Part shown: one piece after another, positions 53,300 through 64,000 of the stretch
Layout of the letters: each line of letters begins with the position of its first letter
Numbering within the stretch: the first letter of the stretch is position 1
Assembly (NCBI RefSeq): GCF_009834535.1
Contig: NC_045696.1
Location: 17,114,001-17,178,000, forward strand
DNA: 64,000 nt
Source of the DNA: Camelus ferus
Taxonomy: Eukaryota
Reading direction: 5' to 3'
Notes under the pieces: generated by a model
What the model was told of the DNA's origin: nothing
Databases searched by the model: none
What the model saw: the letters and a program-made list of their open reading frames with translations, nothing else
Position numbers and translations under genes: made by a program

Positions 53300-54110
53300 T
53301 AGAGACTTCTGAGCTGAGGGTTGATCAATTAATAGAAATTAACTAGACCAAGTTCAATCATGAGTATTACTTGAGACTAAAGTGTGTGTGGCATGTTAAA
53401 ATATGGATAAAAGCTCACTGGGTCTGGAATATAAGGAGTAGGAGAAGAATAGCTGTACAGAGTGGCTGGGGAAGCCTTTGGGGCCCCAGCAGGCATGTTG
53501 CTACTTAGCAAATAAGGCCTGGGAAGCCAACAAGGCAATTTGAAGCTGGGGTGAAACATCCTCAAGTTTTACTTTTAATAAGAAAATTCATTCTGCAATG
53601 AGAACAGACAACTGAAGGAGAGTGTTCTTTTTCTTGCAGTGTAAGATTGAGATGAGAGTGGTTTAGATTGTGCACATTTTGCAAAATGGATGAGCTGAAA
53701 AGAGTTTCAGGAGACACATTTGAAAGAATTTTATGGATTGAAAATAGATGTTAGAAAGAGAAACATAAAAAGATGCCCACGGTTTGGACAAAGATGCCAT
53801 TTGCTGATATTGAGGACAGCAGGGACAGTACAATGAAGTTGCATTTGCGATAAGGTGACTTTATGGCACATCCATTGGAGAGGAACCTCAGAGAAGCCAT
53901 TTAATAGATGTGTCTAAATAAGAAGAGGCTCACACTAGACAAATAAATGTAGAGTCATCTGTGTATAGTATTGGGAGCCACAGTCATGGATAAGATTGCT
54001 TAAAAAGACAGTTTAGAATAAGAAGAGAATGATGTTCTCAATGTTGAACAACAAAGTTAAGCAGATAATTTGGGAAAAAAAATAAAATAAAAAAAGCAGA
54101 GAGAGTAGGA
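53300..54110 (-). mobile_element. L2 LINE fragment
   Basis: gagatgagagtggtttaga...gatgccatttgctgatattgagg...gagtcatctgtgtatag...gagccacagtcatggataagattgc is typical reversed L2 text. Confidence 0.65.
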
Positions 54111-55834
54111 AAATGTCCATATTTAAGTGACTTACTACTTAATACCTGTTTTTAAAAGAGAAGAACTGAGACTGGCTGGAGGTTATAACAAAAGAATAAA
54201 GGGGCAAGTGAAAGAGACAAGAATTAATTAGAATAAAATTATTCTAATTAATTTTTTCTTCTATCTTCTGTATTTTGATGGGTACCAATAAATCATATGA
54301 GACTCTTCTGTGTTCATATACACTCAGATGTCTATCAGTTTTTATATAACATTTGACACAAGGTAAACTGTACTTTAAAAAGAAAGACAAGACTACGTAA
54401 ATATACAGGGATAATTTTATATCACTGAGCAATAGTGAGAAAAGCTCAAAAATTCTTATTCTGTGGAAACATATGATTTGAATCTCTGATTCTGTATATC
54501 ACCATATAGACTTAGGAATTAGAAACTGAATCCGTGAGTCATTGTGTATCTTATTCTAATAAAAAAGAAAATTAATAAATGACCTCATTGAATAAATTAA
54601 AAATAAACTAAAAGAAGTGAATTCTCATTTCAGAAGAAGAAAGTAATTTTTAAGATATGGAAATAACATGATGGAGAGAATTAAAAAGACAATAAAAATC
54701 AATATAAGAAAGATATCAAATCCTTACAGATAAAAAAAATTATCGTAATTATAGTTTTTCATTATTATCACAGCAAAATTTTAATCAAGGAAGAAATTAG
54801 AGCTCTTCAGCATGAAATGAGAGATGAGGTAGCAAGGACAATAAAACTGTTGAAGTATTAAATGAGTATTTCCCAATGTATTTATAAAAAATAGCATTAA
54901 TGGGTCAAGAACTGAAAATTCCTAATTAATATATATCTCACTAACTCATGAAGAGTCAGTATTTTAAATGGACTTTCGAATTTGCCTCCAGCAAATTTGA
55001 TGCTACTAAAAATTAAAATTTCTATGATTTTTACTGATCCTATCGGGCTTTATAGTTTTTTTAAAAATGTTAAAATACAATGACAGATTTAGCAAAAGCT
55101 GATTTAAAGCCTTCATCAATTGATGTTAACACTAGCAAAGTAATTTCAATAATTGCTTTACGATTTTAATAAGTGGAGAAGGCCAAATGGTTTTTGTATG
55201 CTTTTTCCAGGTCATTTAATAATTTTTTTTTCAATAAAAGGCAATGCTTCTGCATTGTAGAAAATGTGGTAATTACAGAAACATACATACAGGAGATAAG
55301 TATAAGCATAGTCATCTCTAATCCTACTACCCAGAGATCTCCATTAATAACGTAGAAAGTAGACATACACGTGTCATAGGAAAGAAGACTTCAAGGAAAG
55401 TGGTGTCCTTTAATTAGGACCACAACAGTAACAACAATGATAAAACAAAGATGTTCAGTGAAGGGTTCAAGGTACAGAGGTACATTTTGTTTTTAGAATT
55501 TGAGAGCTTACAGAGAAAAATTTGGAAACATTGGACAAAATGGGTAGGTGGAAAAGTAGCAGGTTGTGAATAAAATCACAGAAGAGGAAACAGGAATTTA
55601 TATATTCTGGTCTCTCAAAGTTTCTTCTGTAGTTAAATGGTAAGGACATTTAAATTCTTGGTGGGTCATGATTCTGAAATTACTAGGATGAATCACCTGA
55701 AGCTTGGCTTGTGTGGGAGCATGGAGGGACTGCTGCGGGTCTACAGTTGCAGACAAATAGGCTCCTAGACAGTATTAGTAATGTAATGTAGGACGATGGA
55801 AATACACACAGGATATTGGAGGCAGAATATTCTG

Positions 55835-56110
55835 GATTAGTCAACTAATGTCTGTAATTAGCAAACTCAAAATTTTACTGACATTCAAATATAAGAATTT
55901 ACTTTTCACATGTGGAGGTCTCCAGTTCGTCTGGGCTGGGTTGGCCCTATCTAGGTGGCTAGTCTTGAGCTGAGTTTGGATGTAAACTGGGTTTTGGGTT
56001 TTTCTGCTTCAATCTACTTATTTGGTGCCCATCCTTCCTCAGGCTTTCCTTCTACTGGCTTTTATGTGGATTTGATGGCTCAAATTCGGGAAGCCAGCGT
56101 GGACTCTGGA
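55835..56110 (-). mobile_element. Possible old MaLR (MLT1J/K-type) fragment
   Basis: attagtcaactaatgtctgtaattagcaaactcaaaattttactgacatt...aagaatttacttttcacatgtgg...ctgggctgggttggc. Confidence 0.35.
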
Positions 56111-57849
56111 TTATGAGAGGCATTGCTGATAGCAACGCACCAGGATAGAAGGATCTATTTGCCCTGGGAAATGATCTTCAGATCTCTTCTGCATAAGACA
56201 AAGATGAAGTCTAGATTTTTTTTTAAAGCCATAAAACTTAGTCTTTGTTGTCCTTCTCAGGTGACCCAAATTTTAACTAACCCAGATCTCTTAGAAATAA
56301 TGTGTAGAAGCAGAAATTTAAGATGCCATTTGTTGAAGTGAGATTTCAATTACACAAAGTGTTATGAGATTTAACTTATAGAAGATGTTCCTTTTGGAAT
56401 GGGTCTCTGTCCTCATATTGGCATGGGACAAGGCAGCAGCATCTTGGGTGGCAACAGAACTGCAGTAAATCAGTAACAAAGTAGTGACAGAACAGGACTG
56501 ACCCAAGAATCCTGGTGGGGTAGCAGAACAAACCCAACCTCAGAGATGGCCCCGTCAGCCTAAGTAGTGATGATTATTAGCAAGACTTCTACACAGGTGC
56601 TAAAGAATATAGTGGTCTAAAAAATGAATGTGTATAAGATTCTACTCCATGGACATACAGACATACTGGGCAACACTGATGTATTATAGTTCTGAAAGTG
56701 AGGATTAGTAAACTGGTTAATTTCTAGTATTAATGCTACACAAGGTTATTGGTATCCTGATCTGGGGAGTTCTGAGCTGTTTTTTCCCATCATGTAGAAA
56801 GTTTGGAAATTAGCCAGTAAACTTCTGTATCTTAGACATGGTTACCCTAAATATAAAGATTGACAAAGTATATCAAATGGTACTTCATATATTATCATTT
56901 AGAATTAGCAAAAAGGGGAAAGGGAGTGAGCTTTTACAAAAAAATATGAACTCTGTGATTTTTAATTTTTTTAACCAGACTGTTAAGTAGATATTGCTAA
57001 GAAAAGAAAAAGATGTACAGAAGCCTGAAAGGCTTACTCTGAAAGGGAAGCACTATACGGTAGTGCAGACAAAGAAAAGTCCTGTGTTGCTTGCTAATTT
57101 CGGTAGGTCTCAGTTCACTTGACCCTCTCAGGGAGTACAGGAGAAGACAGTGTTTTCACAGGAAATGTGTTAGAAAGTACTGCTAAATATAGCTAAAAGC
57201 TGATTTTACTGCAAACATAAAATTAAAAATAATTGATGGCATCTAAAACACATAACTTCAAGCAAAATTCACAATCTGTAACACATAAAGAATGTGATGT
57301 TCTGTTTATATACGAAGTCTGTTCCCACTTGGAGCAAAGACACAAAACCAAGAACTGAAAAGGTCAGTGCTTAAAAATATTCTCTATTTGGATTATCGTC
57401 ATTTTGTAGTAATTTTATTTTAATGTGAAAATGTATCATGTATGAAAATGTCAGTATCAGTTTAAAGACATAGTCAATCCTATTTTTCTCTATGTATAAA
57501 AAAGACCCACAAAGAGAATTTCAAAAATGACTAAGGTGAAATAGACCATTAGCTTGATATAAAGTTTGCTGAAAAGTCAAAGTTAAATTGGGTTACAGAA
57601 TTTTTTTAAGTAATATATCTCACAAACAAAAGTTAACTATTTAGTGCTTGAGCTTTAAAAAAAAAAATTTGGTGCAGAAAAGAACTGCTTAATGGGCCAG
57701 TTAAAACTCATAGCTTTGGTTTCTTTCTTTACCTTTCTCCATCCTTCCTTCCTTATCTCCTTAATAATTCAATTCAAAAATCTGCTGGATGGGGGAAAAC
57801 AGAGAAGGGGTCAATGTCATATGTTGACCTGGAGGCTTCACCTGAATAT

Positions 57850-58379
57850 TGTTACCAAGTCCAAACTCATTCTGCTCAACACATGACAAGCAAATAAATC
57901 GGGAGACGAGATGTTGGGGCAAGGAATAATGACTTTATTCAGGAAGACAGCAGACTAAGAAGATGGCAGACTAATGCCCTGGAGAAACATCTTCCCCAGG
58001 TCAGAATTCTTTTTCTACTAAAAAGGGGAGAGGAATGCTCGGTTGTTGCAGACTTTTTGGTGTAGGAATTCTTTGTTCTTGGAATCTTTTGTTCTTGCAG
58101 CTGTCCATGTGGGTCAGATCATGGTGTCCTTGTAAACCTCCAACAAAACAAACGTTATTTTCTATTCTGCAACTTGTTGTCCTTATGTAAATGGGAAAAT
58201 GTTAGAATCCTTAAAGATTAGAGCCTTGAGAATAGACTCTTCTGCATATTTCAGTCTCTAGGCAACATTCTTTTACAAAAGGTGCAGCACCAGCGAGGCT
58301 AAGCCTAGGAAACAGGGCACAGAGTTAGAGTAAAAGGAACAGATCTAATATGGAATAAGATTTGTTCTTTTCTATTATA
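57850..58379 (-). mobile_element. ERV1-class solo LTR (copy A)
   Basis: tgttaccaagtccaaactc...gactttattc...gatttgttcttttctattata; 4-bp TSD ATAT (57846-57849 and 58380-58383). Confidence 0.85.
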
Positions 58380-58741
58380 ATATGGTTATAAGAACATATA
58401 TGTTACATCGAAATTGAAGGACATTCTTCGAAATATTTATACAAAATAGATTAAAAGCATATGGTGCCTATCTTCAGTTAAATGCAGATCAATTAGCAGG
58501 TGGGTTGATATGTATAAGCAAAAAGAAAAATAGACTCAGTTAAGATACATACGAAGGATATTTTTATAGAAAATTTTAAGAAAAGTATCAATCTTTCAAT
58601 ATATGAAGGTAAATAGAACTAGAGCCTCCAGAGCTCAAATTTATTCATAGAATTAAAATCCAGAATGTTCTGGCTTAAATGACTATGGGGAGTACACTTG
58701 GGAAGTTTTATAAAAGTTTTTAATACCTTTACTGGAGAAAA

Positions 58742-59246
58742 CATAGTAGGGAAGAACAAATCTGATTCCATATTAGATCTGTTCCTTTAGCTCTAACCCT
58801 GCGCTCTGTCTCCTGTGCTTAGCCATGCTGGTTCTGCACCTTTTGTAAAAGAATTTTGCATCTAGCTTGAAATATACAGGATAGCCCATTCTCAAGTCTC
58901 TGACTTTTAAGGATACAACACATTCCCTTTCATATTAAGATAAAAAGTTGCAGAATATAAAGTTGCCTTGTTGGAGGTTTACAGGAACATCATGAGCTGA
59001 CCCAAGTGGACAGCTGCAAAAACAAAGGATTCCCACACCAAGAAGTTTTCAACAGCCAACCACATCCCCCCCTCTTTTTAAAAGGGGTCCAAATTCTGAC
59101 TTGGGGAAGATGATTCCCTAGGACATTAAACCCCCAATTTCTCAGTCTACTGGCTTTCTGAATAAAGTTGTTATTTCTTGCCCCAACACCTCATCTCCCA
59201 ATATATTAGCTATGCAGTGAACAGAACAATTTTGGACTTGGTAACA
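58742..59246 (+). mobile_element. ERV1-class solo LTR (copy B, same family as copy A)
   Basis: tagggaagaacaaatctgattccatattagatctgttcc...gaataaagttg...tttggacttggtaaca; flanked by AAAA on both sides; reverse-complement similar to 57850-58379. Confidence 0.85.
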
Positions 59247-59859
59247 AAAATATTTTCCAATTTTCTTAAAAAATCAAATTGTTGTACTTTTAGAATACAA
59301 CCCATTCTGAAGTTGGGGCTATCGGTTCATATTTTCTATTTATTATAAAATAAACTTAATTCATAAAATTCAAAAGTACACTATTGAAAAAGAAGATGGA
59401 AAAGAATATCCCTATGGCTTGTGTCTGGAATACCATTTTAGGTGTTAGTTTACAGACTGGCTGTGGGTCTGTGGAAGACATTCTTAACTGCTGGTGAACT
59501 GTTACAACTAAAATTCCTTCCCTAAGAGCAGGTACAAGTGGCTTTTTATTAGAGCCAAATATCTTTCAGTTACAGGCTGTGCTACCATGCCCAGTGGCTA
59601 GGTTGCCACATGGACACTCTAAAGGCAATAGCCTCTGAAGTCATGTGGACCCTCAAACCAGTGAGGCTTTCATGACTCTGGCTGAATATGTACATCTTTC
59701 AAAATGCTTCTGGGACAAGTTCTGTGCATGTGCAGGATTTGTTTTTTAAATACTTACCAACTGATAAAAACGTGCTACAAGTTATTCTAAGTTTGAGGCC
59801 TTTGGTGTCATGGGCAGTAACCAAAGACCACTTAGGTTAGATAAGTGTGGACATGGGCT

Positions 59860-60885
59860 AGTATGAACAGATTTTGTCAGTCAGTGATCTCACTTTGCTA
59901 CAGGCTTAAGCCTGTATGGGGTAAATACTCTATGATGGTATGCCAATGGGCATCTCTTCCCAGCTCCACAACCAGTGATGTCACGTTGGTAACTTAAAAT
60001 CAGCTACAGTGATTGTATGCGTGCGGGTAAGAGGTCAACGACCCACAGTTCCCAGTGAGAGAATTCACAGGAGACTCTGGTGCCACAGCACATGGTAAGT
60101 TTTTATTAGTTAAAGAAACAGCACAGAGGTACAGGACCTCTGCGGACAGCGAGGGAGCTGCATCTGCAGGTGGCTGTAAGTGCTTTTTTATATCCCCAAG
60201 GATGGAATTTTCAGGTTCGTGAGTGCACATGCTCAATCATTTCTGGAGCCCCTATTTGCTCAGGAAAGCAAAGGGGGAGAGTGTTTACTGGTCTTCTTCA
60301 AGGTCTTTTAAGTCCGTTGTTTTGAATTCCTCATTCCCCTGCCTGCCTTGCCCTGACTGTTTGGTCCCTATCCATTGTACACCATCAAATTTGACTAAAA
60401 ATCAGAGCTATATTTATTTCTTGGCTGAGTGAATAAGACATATTATTCATGAAATTACATTGAAAAGTATAACCATTACATTGTAAATAGCACAAAAATT
60501 GAAGAAATACATTTCTAATATTCACAATTATCCATTTCAGCAAGGGAAACTCATTCATTTCACTAAAGAATGAAGAAAGTGCTGACACATGTTTTCATTA
60601 TTTGACTTTTGTCATACTCTCACATAAACACAAAAATCAACAAATGCAAATATTGAATGACTAGAGACATGATAGTTCACAAAAATATCAAAGAAAGAAT
60701 TTGATGAAATTCAATGAGCTATATGGAATTTACCATAAAGAGTATTATTTATTTTGCTATTATTTGTAAATTATATGATATGTCTAATTTATAACAGTAA
60801 AATTTGCAATAAATTCTGTACCTACAGATATACATCTTCTTTTGTGGCTGGAGCTGATTGTTAAATCTTCGCCAGTGTGCTGTTG
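59860..60885. mobile_element. hAT DNA transposon, MER63-like, split by an LTR
   Basis: cagtgatgtcacgttggtaacttaaaatcagctacagtg and the terminal ggagctgattgttaaatcttcgccagtgtgctg resemble the recalled MER63 consensus; left boundary uncertain. Confidence 0.5.
60018..60374 (-). mobile_element. Solo LTR (357 bp)
   Basis: TG...CA ends; perfect 5-bp TSD TTGTA (60013-60017 and 60375-60379); reversed TATA (tttatat near 60187) and reversed AATAAA (near 60102) in the correct order. Confidence 0.82.
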
Positions 60886-61176
60886 TCTGCTAGTTTGATT
60901 ATACATAGCTATTTGAGCTGGAGAAAGAGTATCTAATTATTAATACCGATATTGTACAGTGCAGGGTGGGCGATATAAGAAAAGCAGCACCTACCATTGC
61001 TACTATTTGTTTATGACAGAAAAGATCCTGGTCACTTCCTATTCTGTGGACTGAGAATAATGCCTATTATACATGTTCATTCAGATTGGGGGTAAATTAT
61101 GAAAAACATCTGGCAGAGGACCAGTTATAAATGCTTGGTAATTATTCATCCATTTTCTGCACATCTCACTAAGAGG

Positions 61177-61215
61177 ATAATGATAATGATGATGATGATG
61201 ACGCTGATAATAATA
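61177..61215. repeat. (ATG/ATA)n trinucleotide repeat at the tail of a MIR
   Basis: gataatgataatgatgatgatgatgacgctgataataataa. Confidence 0.85.
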
Positions 61216-61320
61216 AACACGTATCAGCATGCCAAATACTTTACATATATTAACACACTTAGTCTTCACCATAACCTTATGTGTAGGTACTGTTCTTGTC
61301 CATATTTCACTGATGATTAA
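61205..61320 (-). mobile_element. MIR SINE 3' part
   Basis: atgccaaatactttacatatattaacacacttagtcttcaccataaccttatgtgtaggtactgttcttgtccatatttcactgatga. Confidence 0.7.
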
Positions 61321-62199
61321 TTTTGGTATTTAAATATAGAGATGCCATTTGTGATACAAACTATTTAATACCAAATTAGCGGCAAGGATACTAGCTCACT
61401 TTCACTGAAGGTTAATCACGACGTGCTTTCCAATCTCACTACTGCAACTCAAGGAGCCCAGTGCTCAGCGTGAGGTCGACAGTGAAAAGAGGTTCCAACG
61501 CATAGGCTGAAAATAATCCACCAGTTAACTGACTCAAGGTTAAAGACTCAGTAGGCACTCTTTAGCACAGATAAAAACCCCCTAATTTTAAAACTAAACT
61601 TTAACAGGAAAATTTCCGGGGGCTACTACAATGCTTTTCATTTTAAGGTAAGACAATGTCTACTATATAAACAGCAAATATAAATTACCTCAAAAGAGCA
61701 CATAGATGAAACATTTTTAAGAATGTTCTTTTCAGCACAGCTTGTTAACTTTATTAAAATAACATCAAATATGTTTCTAATTAGCATGATGTTTTAACCT
61801 TAAATTGAGTCTTTATCAGGATGCTGCATTTATGTTAATGCAAGTTTCATAAAATTAAAATATTTTCTGCAGAATATCTCTAAGAAAATCAAGTTTACAA
61901 AAATTTCCTGAATAATTTGCCCATATATAAATCTGTCTCATCAAAATATAATACTAAATGCATTTTTGGCAAATTATCAATAATCACAAATTCCTAGGCA
62001 GATTCAAACTTTACAAATTCTGTGCCAACATTGCAATTATCAGGATAAACATTGCCTTTTAAGCAAAATGAGGAAACAAATCAATGAAAAGGAATATATT
62101 GCCAAAGTAGAAAAATTTAAAGGAAAAAAAAGAAAAAATTAAAGGATTAAACTATATGTTGTCCATAAGAAAACTTCTTTAAATATAAAGGTCTATATA

Positions 62200-62710
62200 T
62201 GGAACAACTAAAAGAATGAAAAAATGAATTATATATCTACATATTAGCAACGAAGAATCAGAAATTGAAAAACATATTTATAATAGCATAGAAATAACAG
62301 ACATAATGACAAATTTGACATAAGATGTGCACATTGAAGACAACAAAATACTGGCACGCTAAATGGCACACTGAAAACAACAGAATATTTCAGAAAATTA
62401 AATACCTAAAGAAACGGAGGAAACTTCATGGATAAGAATGCTTAATAATTGTTAAAATGTTTATTTTTCACCATGCAATATATATCTTTAACACAATCCC
62501 AAATCAGTATCCTAACAAACATATTTTTTGGTAGAAAATTTTAAACTAATTCTAGAGTTTATATGGAGATTTACATATATATATTATAAGTATGTATATT
62601 TATATATATTTTATAGGTATACACACACACACACATACACACACCACACTAGTAGAACCCAAACACACCAATTAAACCACAGAGAAAAACAAAGTTGAAA
62701 GGTTTACATT
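62200..62710 (+). mobile_element. Old L1 ORF2 fragment
   Basis: tctacatattagcaacgaagaatcagaaattgaaa...ttcatggataagaatgcttaataattgttaaaatg...aaactaattctagagtttatatgga. Confidence 0.7.
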
Positions 62711-64000
62711 ATCTCTATCTATGTTAGTTTGCCTTTTATCCCCTGAAATATGTTGTGTATTTTTCAAGTCTGTCTGAGGACTGGGTTGGCTCCTCTTCCT
62801 TCCCTCTTTTGCTGTCAATGATGTCCTCCAATCAGACTGGGTAGATCGTCTTTTCTTTACTTGCCCCAAAGCTATCATAAAATAGCAGTACTCACAGCAG
62901 TGATTCCAAGTATGAACTTGTCTATACCTTCAAATAAATAAGTTAGTAGTTTTGCAGGTTGAATCTTCTATGTATTAAAGAGGTAATAAATTACTGTAGC
63001 AAGTCCATTTTTTCATAAAATACCTATACTTAGATCTATGTAAAACAAATGCTCACATTAGAAAGATTACCTTTCTTGTACTAATTTTAACAGAAATCGA
63101 ATTCTTTCCTGTATTTCTCCAAAACCATGGAAGGCACACACATTCTGATTCTTACTCCTTCCCTCTTTCCCCCTCACTTCTCACCTGTTAACAACCTTAG
63201 TTCCTCCAGCATCCCACTCCCCAATCCCACCCCCAAACTATGTGGCTTTCACCATTTCTGTCATCTTTCCTGAACCCAGATTGAATGAACCTTTAAAAAG
63301 TAAACCCTTCTCCTTGTCTCCGTATTTGAAGCTTCATCTGCTCTTTCACAAACAAATTGCATTTTCTTGTTAAAGGAGTCAAAAAGGATGCCTCTCAGAC
63401 GACGTAATTTTGAAGAACTTCAAGATTCTAATCTCCTTTAGATGGTATGAGGTAGGGGAAAACCGAGACTAAAATCGTTGTTTCAATGAATTCATACACA
63501 CACAACACACACTCACAAAGTAAATAACTTTAAAAACTGAAAAAGATAATTGAAATAGAATTTACAGCAAAATAAAATAGTTTCATCATATTATAAAAAA
63601 AGCATTTCAAACATTAACAAACACTATGTCAAATTGTATTATAATTTTCCTTTAAGGTAAATGACCTCAAGCAGGCCAACACTGCAATTTAATCTTAAAA
63701 GGAACACTTTATGAGAAATAAAATAATTACTCATTTTTAGACTGTGTAAAAAAAAGAGAAAAAAAATGCTGATCAATAAAGAATCATTGGATTCTTGATG
63801 ACAATAGATTCTCGATGGACAATGAAGTAGATTATTGTATTCTCACAAAAAAAGTTTTAATAGCATTAAATTTTTTAAAGAAAGCTATCGAAGCATTTTA
63901 TCAGAACTTAACTTTTTCTCAGTCGGTGATCATGGATCAGATCACACAAAAAAGTTTTGTGTTAGATTAGATTGGGGCCATTTTTTTAAACATTGATTTT

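Noticed and set aside
57850..59246. Single provirus or DNA transposon with long terminal inverted repeats
   Set aside because: Proviral LTRs are direct repeats, and each arm here has its own LTR features and flanking duplication
457..62878. ORF-track ORFs of 60-125 aa as protein-coding genes
   Set aside because: Short, compositionally biased, often inside repeats or low-complexity DNA; no host protein recognised and no consistent exon chain
1..64000. CRISPR array, tRNA/rRNA gene, CpG island or prokaryotic system
   Set aside because: None seen; the sequence is CpG-depleted mammalian DNA with no regular repeat-spacer array

Overview
AT-rich, CpG-poor mammalian non-coding DNA (gene desert or deep intron). 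The young L1 3' ends look camelid-like or at least cetartiodactyl, and I saw no Alu, B1, Bov-A/Bov-B or Can-SINE, so a camelid source is inferred but not proven. I could not support any intact protein-coding gene, RNA gene or CpG-island promoter. Much of the window is layered transposable-element debris: solo LTRs (ERV1, ERVL, MaLR/MLT1, several with TG...CA ends and target-site duplications), L1, L2 and MIR fragments, a hAT (MER63-like) element and microsatellites. The most informative items are (i) a decayed minus-strand endogenous retrovirus with 3' LTR, polypurine tract and a readable gamma-type env TM region, which the ORF track misses and which is split by MLT1 insertions, (ii) two same-family LTRs inserted head-to-head about 360 bp apart, and (iii) several nested insertions that give relative dates. 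I found no evidence for a new biological system. Family names come from recalled consensus sequences, not a database search, and many boundaries are approximate.
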